Below, one piece after another: positions 25,948 to 34,670 of a stretch of DNA of 64,000 bases. Below the pieces are notes generated by a model. It did no database searches, was not told where the DNA came from, and worked only from the letters and a program-made list of their open reading frames with translations. Source of the DNA: Vulcanimicrobiaceae bacterium (lineage in GTDB: Bacteria > Vulcanimicrobiota > Vulcanimicrobiia > Vulcanimicrobiales > Vulcanimicrobiaceae); the NCBI GenBank assembly GCA_036559125.1, contig DATBTT010000048.1, positions 2,454 to 66,453 of the forward strand, read 5' to 3'. Numbering within the stretch: position 1 is the first letter of the stretch; every line of letters starts with the position of its first letter. The translations under genes and the position numbers were made by a program.

Positions 25948-28511
25948 TTCGCGCGCCCTGGTTCGTGGAATGCGCGCTGGGTTTGTGCCCGCGCGAATTT
26001 CGGATCGAATACCGCGAGCAAATCCGCGCGGACTGTCGCGCTCGCGGGTCGCCGCTCGGCGCCGCGGCAGACGTCGCTGCAAACGGCTTGATGCTGCGCT
26101 GGGAAAGTCTCGTTCGCGACGTCGCTTACGGGCTGCGCTCGCTTCGCCGGGCACCGCTCTTTACCGCGATCGCGTTACTGACCCTCGCTCTCGCGATCAG
26201 CGTCAACGCTGCGGTGTTCGGCGTCATTAGCACCGTATTGCTCAAACCGCTGCCGTTCGCGCAAGCTGACAATTTGGTATTTTTGTGCCGCCCGGACGGT
26301 TGCGACACGCAATATAAGAATTGGGACATTCGCGCCTATCAAGACGGGTCGCGTACGCTCGAAGGTATCGGGGCTTTCCAATTCGCCGGCGCGACGCTGA
26401 CCGGTTTCGGCACGCCGCAAAACGTGGATCTGGCGTACGCTTCGACGAACTTTTTCGACGTGCTTCGAGCGCATCCGATGGCGGGTCGCTTCTTTATCGC
26501 GTCCGACGCTCGGAAAGGCGTGCGCGATCTCGTGATTTCACAAAAGGCGTCGCAACGTTTTTTTGGCGGAGCCCGGTCCGCTATCGGAAAAACATTGACG
26601 CTCGACGGTGCGCAGTGGCGCGTGGTCGGAGTTGCTTCCGCGAATTTTGTTTCCCCGGTATCGTTCGGCGCGCCGGGCGAACACGCTTTCGACGCTTGGG
26701 AGCCGTTACCCGAGGATTCGTTCGTTCGCGGGTTCGATCCACTGAACGACTTCGCGTTTGCGCGCGTGCGCCCCGGCGTCGCGCCGGCAGCGCTCGCGGC
26801 CGATTTGAATCGGATTACGGCAGGCGTCGTTCGGCAAAATCCTATTTCCGAAAAAGGGCTGACCGCGCGTGCGGTTCCGTTCCGCCAGTGGTACTTTCAC
26901 GGCTTGCGCGCGATGCTATTCTTAGCGTTACTGGCGGTATTTGCGGTATTGCTGATCGCCTGCGCGAACGTGGCGAATCTCTTGCTCGTACGAGGCGTTA
27001 CCCGTACGGGCGAGTTCGCGGTTCGCAACGCGCTTGGGGCTTCGCGTTCGCGCATAGCGAATCAACTTCTCACCGAAGTCGTCTTGCTCGCCGCGGGTGG
27101 CGGCATTCTGGGTCTGGGCCTTGCATGGGTCGAGCTGTCGGCGCTCGCTGCACTGCATCCGCAGCTCCCGAACGTCGAAAGCGCCGGGATCGACGGTCGC
27201 GTCGCGTTCTTCACGCTCGTAGTGGTCGTAATCACGACTCTGGTAGCCGGCGTCGTACCGGCATTTTTCACGGCGCGGCGTAATGTGAACGCAACGTTGC
27301 GCTCCACCGGCCGCAGTGGCGACGCCTCCGGCGGCAAATCGTTTCGCGCGGGATTGGCGATCGCAGAGATAGCGCTCGCCTTCGCGGTCGTATTCACCTC
27401 CGGATTGCTGGTTCGAAGCTCCATCGCAATGGCAAAGGTGGACTTCGGATTCGACCCGCGCGGAATGTACTTGACGGAAATGGCGCTAGGTTCGCAGCGA
27501 TACCGGCGAGCGGATGCGCGTGCGGCATTCGCAGCCGGCGTTCTCGCCCGCGTTGAGGCGTTGCCGGGCGTCGACTCTGCAACAATCGGGCGGCCGTTTC
27601 CATTTTCGGGCGATGGAATCGAAGGCAGCGGCTTCCGGTTTCCGGGGCGCGCGTATACGCCGGGTACGGAACCGCACGATCCGTACCGGCAGGTGAGCCC
27701 GAGCTTCTTTCACGTCTATGGCCTACGGCTCGAGAACGGGCGAATCTTTACCGCGAACGATCGCGCGGGCGCCGCTCGCGTCGTCATGGTCGGACGGAGC
27801 TTTGCGAAAATGTTCTTCGGCGGGGGCAATCCGGTCGGGCGGCAGATATTGATTCAACCTGGAACCGCAACCTGGACTCCGGCTACGATCGTCGGAGAGG
27901 TGCGGGATACGCTCGGGAATTATGCAGGCGATCTCCCGCCGATCTATCTGCCGAACGCGCAGATGCCGACGGTGTCGCCGGAACTCGCCATACGCATGCG
28001 CGCAAACGATCCCCATCTGCGCGAGCGTGTGGCGGCAGCGGTCGCCGCGATCGATCCAAACCAGGCGATGGGATCACTGCGATCCATTGAAAACCTGATG
28101 GAGCAATGGACGGCGCCCGCGCGCACCGGCGCGATGCTGCTCGGCGTACTCGCGCTTGTGGCCCTGATTTTGGCTATCGCCGGCATCTACGCTATCGTCG
28201 CGTACTCCGTCGAACAGCGCCGGCATGAATTCGGCATTCGCATGGCGATCGGGGCGCGCCGCACCGGCGTCGTGCGGGCGGTGCTCGGTGGCGCGTTGCG
28301 CCTCGGTGTTCTCGGAATAGCGCTCGGCATCGTCGTTGCGGCATCGAGCACGCAGATGCTCGCCGGGATGCTCTTCCGGGTGTCGACGCTCGATCCGATA
28401 ACGTTCGTAGCCGTCATCATCGTGTTGCTGGCGAGTATCGCACTGGCATGCGCGATTCCGGCGCTTCGCGCGACGCGCGTCGATCCCGCGCGGGCATTAC
28501 GCTATGAGTAG
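25944..28511 (+). CDS. duplicated FtsX/MacB-type ABC transporter permease (ADOP-like)
   Basis: 855 aa. Two copies of the module (TM, MacB periplasmic domain, FtsX three-helix bundle), ending in the characteristic RATRVDPARALRYE. 4-nt overlap with padR. Confidence 0.85.
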   Translation: MIRAPWFVECALGLCPREFRIEYREQIRADCRARGSPLGAAADVAANGLMLRWESLVRDVAYGLRSLRRAPLFTAIALLTLALAISVNAAVFGVISTVLLKPLPFAQADNLVFLCRPDGCDTQYKNWDIRAYQDGSRTLEGIGAFQFAGATLTGFGTPQNVDLAYASTNFFDVLRAHPMAGRFFIASDARKGVRDLVISQKASQRFFGGARSAIGKTLTLDGAQWRVVGVASANFVSPVSFGAPGEHAFDAWEPLPEDSFVRGFDPLNDFAFARVRPGVAPAALAADLNRITAGVVRQNPISEKGLTARAVPFRQWYFHGLRAMLFLALLAVFAVLLIACANVANLLLVRGVTRTGEFAVRNALGASRSRIANQLLTEVVLLAAGGGILGLGLAWVELSALAALHPQLPNVESAGIDGRVAFFTLVVVVITTLVAGVVPAFFTARRNVNATLRSTGRSGDASGGKSFRAGLAIAEIALAFAVVFTSGLLVRSSIAMAKVDFGFDPRGMYLTEMALGSQRYRRADARAAFAAGVLARVEALPGVDSATIGRPFPFSGDGIEGSGFRFPGRAYTPGTEPHDPYRQVSPSFFHVYGLRLENGRIFTANDRAGAARVVMVGRSFAKMFFGGGNPVGRQILIQPGTATWTPATIVGEVRDTLGNYAGDLPPIYLPNAQMPTVSPELAIRMRANDPHLRERVAAAVAAIDPNQAMGSLRSIENLMEQWTAPARTGAMLLGVLALVALILAIAGIYAIVAYSVEQRRHEFGIRMAIGARRTGVVRAVLGGALRLGVLGIALGIVVAASSTQMLAGMLFRVSTLDPITFVAVIIVLLASIALACAIPALRATRVDPARALRYE

Positions 28512-29799
28512 CCGCTTCAAATCCGTCGAATCACCGCCGGCCATGGACGTCGTGCTTCGTCGCCGCCGGCGTCTTCCGCGCTACGCGTTGCCGGCGGCCG
28601 GCATCGCCGCGCTCGCCGTACTGGTCGTTGTTGCGCTCGAGATGCTCGGCCGGTCGCACGCAGGCGCCACCGTGGTCGATCGCTCGACGATCGTGACCGA
28701 CGTCGTGCGTCGCGGCGCGTTGGTGCGCTCGGTAAGCGCGCCCGGCACGTTCGAGCCCGACCGCATCCAAGTCGTCTCGGCAACGCAGAGCGGCGTCATT
28801 TCGCAAATCTACGTGAAGCCGGGAAGTACCGTCCACGCCGGAAGCGCGATCGCGCAACTCGAGAATCCGGATCTCGACGCGGCGATCGTGGCGGCTTCGT
28901 CGCAGCTCGACGTCGCGCGGGCGAATCTTGCGAGCGCGCAGCAGCAAGCTAATGCGTCGAGCTTGACGCAACAGTCCGCGCTAGCGGACGCACAAGCGCA
29001 AATGCAGCAAGACCGGGTCGAGGTCGACGCGCAGCGATCGCTGCATACGACGGGCTTGGTCTCCGATGTGGACTATCGTAAAGCCATCATCGAACACGCA
29101 AAAGCCAAGCACGACGTTGCGATCGGCCGCGCGCAAATCGAAGTCGGAAGCGCCGACGCGCATGCGAAAATCGCGGCGGCGCAAGCGCAGGTCGAACAGG
29201 CGGCCGCGGCTCTTGCCGCCGCGCGCGCGCAGGCCCAGGCGTTGACCGTGCGGACCGCCGCACCGGGTGTGGTGCAGAGCGTTGCGTTGGATCCAGGTGC
29301 GCGAGTCGCGCAGGGAACCGAGCTCACGCGCGTCGCCGACCAACGCTCGCTCAAGGCGGTGCTGCAAGTCTCCGAGAGCGAAGTGCATGCCGTGCTCGTT
29401 GGAATGCCCGCGCGCATCGACACGGGTAACGGTATCGTGATCGGCCGCGTTTCGCGCATAGCTCCGGCCGCGCTCAATGGAACCGTCGAGGTCGACGTCT
29501 CGTTCGATCGCAACCTTCCATCGGGAGCGCGCCCGGATGCAAACGTCGATGGGGCGATCGTTCTTTCGCGTATTCCGAACGCGCTCTCGATCGCGCGGCC
29601 TGCGGGAGCGAACGACGGCAGCACCATCGACGTGTTCAAAGTCGTCGATCGCGGGACGCGCGCGGTTCGCGTGCGCGTTCGTTTGGGCGTCGGATCCAAC
29701 GAACGCGTTGCCGTACTCTCCGGACTAAAAGCCGGCGATGAAGCTATCATCTCCGATACTTCCGGGTATGCGGATCAATCCGAACTACGTCTACGTTAG
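28504..29799 (+). CDS. HlyD/MacA-type periplasmic adaptor (membrane fusion) protein
   Basis: N-terminal TM, lipoyl-like GSTVHAGSAIAQLENPDL, long coiled-coil (AAQAQVEQAAAALAAARAQAQ), beta-barrel C-terminus. Confidence 0.8.
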   Translation: MSSRFKSVESPPAMDVVLRRRRRLPRYALPAAGIAALAVLVVVALEMLGRSHAGATVVDRSTIVTDVVRRGALVRSVSAPGTFEPDRIQVVSATQSGVISQIYVKPGSTVHAGSAIAQLENPDLDAAIVAASSQLDVARANLASAQQQANASSLTQQSALADAQAQMQQDRVEVDAQRSLHTTGLVSDVDYRKAIIEHAKAKHDVAIGRAQIEVGSADAHAKIAAAQAQVEQAAAALAAARAQAQALTVRTAAPGVVQSVALDPGARVAQGTELTRVADQRSLKAVLQVSESEVHAVLVGMPARIDTGNGIVIGRVSRIAPAALNGTVEVDVSFDRNLPSGARPDANVDGAIVLSRIPNALSIARPAGANDGSTIDVFKVVDRGTRAVRVRVRLGVGSNERVAVLSGLKAGDEAIISDTSGYADQSELRLR

Positions 29800-29810
29800 G
29801 AGCAAAGGCG

Positions 29811-30500
29811 ATGCTGGTTGACCTCGAAGACATCGGCAAAAGTCACTTTACCGACGAGCTTGAAACGCGCGCGCTGCGCGGCATTACGCTCGGCATCGAT
29901 CGGGGCGAATACGTCGCGATCGAAGGCCCTTCGGGGTGCGGGAAAACGACGTTGCTCTCGATTCTGGGACTGCTCGACACGCCGACGGCGGGGCGCTACC
30001 GCTTGAACGGTCGTGCGGTCGGAGGATTGAGCGCCAACGAACGCGCGACGATTCGCAACCGGCAGATCGGATTTATCTTCCAGAGCTTCAATCTGATCGG
30101 CGATCTTTCGGTTGCGGAAAACGTAGAGCTTCCGCTCGTTTATCGCGGCATGACCAAGCCGCAGCGGCGCATGCGCGTGACCGACGTGCTGGACCGCGTT
30201 CGTATGTCGCATCGCGCGAAGCACTTTCCGGCGCAGCTCTCGGGCGGCGAACAGCAGCGCGTTGCGGTGGCGCGCGCGCTTGCCGGGGATCCCTCGATCT
30301 TGCTCGCCGACGAGCCGACGGGCAACCTCGATACCACCAACGGGGAGTCGGTCATGGAGCTGCTTTCGGAGCTGCACGCGAACGGCGCCACAATCGTCAT
30401 GGTCACGCACGATCATCGCTTTGCGCGGCAGGCGCACCGCACCATCGGCTTGCTGGACGGCCGCCTGGTCGACGAGCCCATAGCCGCCGGCGCGATGTAG
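29811..30500 (+). CDS. ABC transporter ATP-binding protein (MacB/LolD-type)
   Basis: [41 protein letters not shown]. Confidence 0.9.
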   Translation: MLVDLEDIGKSHFTDELETRALRGITLGIDRGEYVAIEGPSGCGKTTLLSILGLLDTPTAGRYRLNGRAVGGLSANERATIRNRQIGFIFQSFNLIGDLSVAENVELPLVYRGMTKPQRRMRVTDVLDRVRMSHRAKHFPAQLSGGEQQRVAVARALAGDPSILLADEPTGNLDTTNGESVMELLSELHANGATIVMVTHDHRFARQAHRTIGLLDGRLVDEPIAAGAM

Positions 30501-30681
30501 GGCTTACCCGCGCTTTTTTGAAGGCCGTTATGGCCGTCAAATCCGGGCCTGAAAACTTGCTTTTTCCGTCCCGGCATGATAGCCTGGCCACCTACGGTTT
30601 CGAAGTCGGTTACCATCTTTGCGTGCTAGGCGAGTCGATACCAACCACATCAGTAAGAAGAAGACCAAGGAGTCCTCGTCC

Positions 30682-31014
30682 ATGTACCAAGATGAAAAGC
30701 TGAACTGCGTCGACTGTTCCCGCGAATTCGCGTTTACGGCCGGCGAGCAAGAGTTTTATGCCGCTAAAGGCTTCCAGAACAAGCCGAATCGTTGCCCCGA
30801 TTGCCGCGCAGCGCGCAAGGCAAACCAGGGCGGCGGCGGTGGCCGCGGCAACTACGGCGGCGGCGGCGGTGGTGCCGGCGGCGGTGCGCGCCGCGAAATG
30901 TTCCAGGCGACGTGCAGCCAATGCGGCGGAGTGGCCGAAGTGCCGTTCCAACCCCGCGGCGACAAGCCCGTGTACTGCCGCGATTGCTTCGCGAGCCGTC
31001 CTAGCTACCGCTAG
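30682..31014 (+). CDS. double zinc-ribbon protein with Gly/Arg-rich linker (zf-trcl-like plus CxxC-x17-CxxC domain)
   Basis: AAGGAG RBS. MYQDEKLNCVDCSREFAFTAGEQEFYAAKGFQNKPNRCPDCR, then GGGGGRGNYGGGGGGAGGGA, then CSQCGGVAEVPFQPRGDKPVYCRDC. Confidence 0.7.
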   Translation: MYQDEKLNCVDCSREFAFTAGEQEFYAAKGFQNKPNRCPDCRAARKANQGGGGGRGNYGGGGGGAGGGARREMFQATCSQCGGVAEVPFQPRGDKPVYCRDCFASRPSYR

Positions 31015-31032
31015 AACCTCGCATCTAGAGCA

Positions 31033-31066
31033 CAAAGAGCCCGCCTGACCGGCGGGCTCTTTGTTT
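31033..31066. terminator. bidirectional rho-independent terminator
   Basis: Perfect 12-bp stem aaagagcccgcc / ggcgggctcttt with 5-nt loop tgacc, followed by gtttt. There is an A-run on the 5' side, so it reads as a terminator on both strands. It lies between convergent genes. Confidence 0.8.
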
Positions 31067-31073
31067 TCGCTCG

Positions 31074-31370
31074 CTACCCTCCGGCTTCGGCACCGTCGGG
31101 ACCCGAGTCGCTGGACTCGCTGTCGTTGGCCTGGCTTCCCGTGGTCTGAGGCTGCTCCGCCCCCGGCTGTTCGGAGGTTTCGGCGCCGCTCTCCGGGCCT
31201 TCGGCGGTCTCGGGACCTTCGTTGGTCTCCGATTCTTGGGCTGCGGGCGCGGTCGTGGTCGCGGTGGCGTGGGTCTGGGATGCCTGTGCGGCGCGCTCCA
31301 TTGCCAGGCCGGTCGGTATCGCGATCAAGCCGGCGATCGCGAGAGCAAGCAATTTTCGATTAGTCGTCAT
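31074..31370 (-). CDS. secreted acidic low-complexity protein
   Basis: Internal ATG 31370 after GGAG. MTTNRKLLALAIAGLIAIPTGLAMERAAQA is a signal peptide. An E/S/T/G/P-rich tail follows. Confidence 0.5.
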   Translation of the reverse strand: MTTNRKLLALAIAGLIAIPTGLAMERAAQASQTHATATTTAPAAQESETNEGPETAEGPESGAETSEQPGAEQPQTTGSQANDSESSDSGPDGAEAGG

Positions 31371-31456
31371 GGACGTGGTCTCCTGATTTTTGTTGTTTGT
31401 CCCGGGCTCTGCATACAGCATATGCGCGCGACATGACGGCAACATGAACGTCGTTC

Positions 31457-31485
31457 TTGACAGAACGTTGCGCTCGGTTTAAAAT
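31457..31485 (+). promoter_or_regulatory. near-consensus sigma70 promoter upstream of the MFS transporter gene
   Basis: TTGACA (31457-31462), 17-nt spacer, TAAAAT (31480-31485). GAACGT direct repeats flank the -35 element. Confidence 0.55.
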
Positions 31486-31556
31486 CGCGTAACTATGCGA
31501 TAGCGACATACGCCCCTGATTCTTTGCATCGGCACCGCTCGTTGGGAGTTTTTCGT

Positions 31557-32792
31557 ATGTCGTCCGCCACCGCCGTCGCGCAGCGCGAAGGCGTCTTCGC
31601 TTCTCGAAGTTTTCGCCAGTATTATATCGGTCAGGCGTTCAGCATGGCCGGTGATGGCCTGCGCACGCTCGCGGTACCATTGCTCGTATACCGGCTAACG
31701 GGTTCGGCGCTTTCGACCGGCGTCGCATATGCGTGCGAATTCGTGCCGTTCGCGCTTCTGAGCGTGCCGGCGGGATCGCTCGCCGACCGCTTAGACCGGC
31801 GAACGCTCATGATTGCCGCGGATGCCGTGCGCTTTCTCGTCATGGTCGGCATGGCCGTGATGTTCGCGCGTCACGCGCTTTCGGTTGCGGGCGTGTATGC
31901 AAGTCTAGTCGTGCTTTCCATCGGTGCGGCCGTCTTCATGGGCGGTCAGTCGTCGAGCATTCCATTTCTGCTCGGCAAGGAACGTGCAACCGCCGCTCAA
32001 GCGGCATTGATGGGTGCCGAAAGCGTCTCGCAAATGGCGTTGCCCGCGGCCGGTGGTGCGTTGTTGGCCGCCTTCGGACCGCTTCCCGCGCTGCTGCTCA
32101 ATGCGCTGACGTATCTGGTTTCGCAATATTCGCTTTCGCGCATTCCCACGCTCGGGCCGGAAAATACGAGCGGCGTGCCGACGGCGCGCGAAATGATCGG
32201 CGACACGCGCACCGGTTTCCGCTTGCTCTTCGCCGATGCGGGAATGCGCGCGCAATCGTACATCGGCCTGACGCTCAACATCGTGGGTTTCGGTGGATTT
32301 ACGATCCTGATTCCGTTTCTCAAACGCGGATTCGGTGCGAGCGACTATCAGGTGTCGCTCTTCTGGATGATCGCGGGGTTCGGCGCGGTCGCAGGTTCTG
32401 CGTTTGCGTCCAGGTTCGCGCGGAGGTGGCCGTTCGGACGCGCTCTCACAATCGCGTACGTTGTCGACACGGTGCTCTTCGTGCCGGTCGTGCTGACCCA
32501 TAACATCTGGGTAGCGGGTGTATTCTGGGCGATCGCAAACGCGTGCGTGCAGTTCGAAATCTCGCAGGTCATCGGGTTCCGTTTGCGCGTCATACCCGAA
32601 GAATATGTAGGGCGCGTCTTCGGCGCGGTTCGGCTGCTGGTGTTATGTGGAGTCCCGCTCGGCACGCTGTTCTTCGGTTTCGTAGCCGACCGCTATGGCG
32701 CTCGCACGGGCATGACGATCTCGGCGCTCGCATGCCTGACGGTGGCCCTCGTCGCGATGGCGTCGCCGACGATTAGAAACGAGCGACGTTAG
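31557..32792 (+). CDS. MFS transporter
   Basis: About 12 TM helices. GSLADRLDRR is an MFS loop 2-3 motif. Likely start is ATG 31557 after GGGAG (the track start is 31524). Confidence 0.8.
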   Translation: MSSATAVAQREGVFASRSFRQYYIGQAFSMAGDGLRTLAVPLLVYRLTGSALSTGVAYACEFVPFALLSVPAGSLADRLDRRTLMIAADAVRFLVMVGMAVMFARHALSVAGVYASLVVLSIGAAVFMGGQSSSIPFLLGKERATAAQAALMGAESVSQMALPAAGGALLAAFGPLPALLLNALTYLVSQYSLSRIPTLGPENTSGVPTAREMIGDTRTGFRLLFADAGMRAQSYIGLTLNIVGFGGFTILIPFLKRGFGASDYQVSLFWMIAGFGAVAGSAFASRFARRWPFGRALTIAYVVDTVLFVPVVLTHNIWVAGVFWAIANACVQFEISQVIGFRLRVIPEEYVGRVFGAVRLLVLCGVPLGTLFFGFVADRYGARTGMTISALACLTVALVAMASPTIRNERR

Positions 32793-33591
32793 CGGCTCCC
32801 GCGGCGACGACGGTCTCGCCTAAGCGCGTCTGCTCGACGGTACAGGTGGCCCACAATTCCGGCAAGGTTCGCTCCTTCGCTCGCTCGACGGCGGCTTCAA
32901 CATAGCCGGGCCACGCGAGCGTCCCGCCGCCGAGAACGACGCGCCGCGGATTGAAGAGATGCACGACCGTCGCCAGGCCGAAACCGAGCCACGAACCTGC
33001 GTCGCGAATCGTTTGCAACGCTCGTGGGTCACGCTCGGCAAGGCGGCGGGTCAACTCCGCAGCATCCATCCCTGCCATTCGCAAGATCGCCGCGCCACTC
33101 GCGCGCGCATCGAGCGTGTCGCCTGCGCGGTGGCCGACGGGGATGCTTCCCATTTCGCCCGCGTACGCGGACGTGCGGCGCAAGCTGCGCCCATCAATGC
33201 CGATTGCCGCGCCAATCCCCGTTCCCACCATGACTACCGCCACGGTCCCAGCCGGCTCGCCCGTCGCCATTTCGGCTTGTAGCGCGGCCTCCGTATCGTT
33301 GAGCACGGTTACGCCGCCATACTCGCGCATCCGCGATCGCGGCGCCCATCCGGTAAATGCGGGGAGCACGTCGCACGCAATTACGGTTCCGTCGGCATCG
33401 ACGATGCCCGGAACGGCGATACCCAGCGATGCAATCGGTTCCTCCAGACTCGCGGCGAAATGCGCGATGGCATCTTCGGCCTGCTGCGGGCTGAAATTGG
33501 CGCTCGTCGGCACGCGCTCGATGGTCTCCCCGCGCGTGCCGCGAGCGAGCAACAACATTTTCGTACCGCCGATATCGATGCCAACTCGCAT
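32773..33591 (-). CDS. ROK-family sugar kinase/regulator-like protein (no Cys zinc motif seen)
   Basis: MRVGIDIGGTKMLLLA (start 33591 after GGAGGG), LNDTEAA, VGTGIGAAI, GEMGSIPVG. The canonical CxCGxxGC is absent. Confidence 0.75.
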   Translation of the reverse strand: MRVGIDIGGTKMLLLARGTRGETIERVPTSANFSPQQAEDAIAHFAASLEEPIASLGIAVPGIVDADGTVIACDVLPAFTGWAPRSRMREYGGVTVLNDTEAALQAEMATGEPAGTVAVVMVGTGIGAAIGIDGRSLRRTSAYAGEMGSIPVGHRAGDTLDARASGAAILRMAGMDAAELTRRLAERDPRALQTIRDAGSWLGFGLATVVHLFNPRRVVLGGGTLAWPGYVEAAVERAKERTLPELWATCTVEQTRLGETVVAAGAANVARF

Positions 33592-33647
33592 GGGCCCTCC
33601 GTTCACTCTACATAGCACGCCATCCCCACGCCTGTCTAACGCCTCCG

Positions 33648-33672
33648 CCACCCCGAGCTTGTCGAAGGGTGG
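33648..33672. repeat. single REP-like unit
   Basis: ccaccccgagcttgtcgaagggtgg, in the divergent gap between the ROK gene and the membrane-protein gene. Confidence 0.7.
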
Positions 33673-33737
33673 AGCGTGGTTAGGAGTTTGTGGATGGCTG
33701 CAGAAAGCGCATTGGGATCGCTTTCGGAGGATAACGC

Positions 33738-34085
33738 GTGAGCATTTTGCTCGAGATTCATTTGGTCGTCGCCTACCTGGTTTTGCTGTTGGCCGTTTTC
33801 GTGGGTTGGACGCAGATGGGGCGTCGCGTCATGACGGCCGTGATCGGTCTGCAGGTCCTGATCGGCATCGTCGTGGCGGGAATGCTCGGCGCCTCTCATC
33901 AACCGCTTCCTCCGGAAGTATGGTCGCATATCGTGGGTGCTCTCCTGGCGATGTTCGCATACATCTTCGCACGCCGCGTCGCCGATCGCGGTAGCAAGGG
34001 CGGAGCGATTGCGCTCTCGGCGTTCGGGCTCATCGTGATTGCCGGAACGATTTTGCTCGGCTTTCATATGGTTGGCCGAGTGTAG
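33738..34085 (+). CDS. small integral membrane protein (about 4 TM), function unknown
   Basis: GTG start after GGAGGA. Strongly hydrophobic 115-aa ORF. Confidence 0.5.
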   Translation: MSILLEIHLVVAYLVLLLAVFVGWTQMGRRVMTAVIGLQVLIGIVVAGMLGASHQPLPPEVWSHIVGALLAMFAYIFARRVADRGSKGGAIALSAFGLIVIAGTILLGFHMVGRV

Positions 34086-34091
34086 CGTGTC

Positions 34092-34670
34092 ATGATCGAC
34101 ACGCGAACCTTTTTCGCGGGCGCGCGGCCCGCACTCGTATTGATCGATTTGCAAAAGGGCGTGGTGGCGCGCGAGACGCTGCCGCACTCGGCTGGCGAGG
34201 TCGTCGACCGGTCCAGACGCCTGGTTGAAGCGTTCCGTGCGAAGGGCTTTCCGGTGGTGTTCGTACACGTTTCCTTTGCGCCCGACGATGCCGATGCGCT
34301 CGCGCCGCTGCTGGACGGGCCGCCGCAACTCGGAATACGCCCCGACGGGTGGGACGAACTCGTTCCCGAGCTCGGCGTGCGCGCCGGAGACGTTGTCGTG
34401 CGCAAGCGCAATTGGGGAGCGTTTTACGGGACGGACCTCGACCTGCAATTGCGCCGCCGGAACGTCACGCATATCGTGTTCGGCGGGATCAGTACGAACA
34501 TCGGCGTTGAGTCGTCGGCCCGCGATGCGTTCGAGCGAAATTACAAATTGCTCTTCGTCGAAGACGCGATGGCGGCGATGACTCGCGAAGAGCACGCGCA
34601 CGCCGTTAGCGGCGTCTTCACGCGCATGGGCTTGGTCCGTTCGACGAAAGACGTCTTAACCGCCCTGTAA
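34092..34670 (+). CDS. isochorismatase-family cysteine hydrolase
   Basis: ALVLIDLQKG...VFVHVSF...RKRNWGAFYGTDLDLQLRRRNVTHIVFGGISTNIGVESSARDA. Confidence 0.8.
   Translation: MIDTRTFFAGARPALVLIDLQKGVVARETLPHSAGEVVDRSRRLVEAFRAKGFPVVFVHVSFAPDDADALAPLLDGPPQLGIRPDGWDELVPELGVRAGDVVVRKRNWGAFYGTDLDLQLRRRNVTHIVFGGISTNIGVESSARDAFERNYKLLFVEDAMAAMTREEHAHAVSGVFTRMGLVRSTKDVLTAL

Noticed and set aside
30820-30900. GGC/GGT-rich tract as a non-coding microsatellite
   Set aside because: It is in frame within the zinc-ribbon gene and encodes the Gly-rich linker. It is noted only as potentially slippage-prone.
32951-34601. 347-aa plus ORF (32951-33994) and 321-aa minus ORF (33636-34601)
   Set aside because: They are antisense to the ROK gene and to the membrane-protein and isochorismatase genes respectively. 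Their low-complexity Arg/Ser/Pro content marks them as shadow frames.
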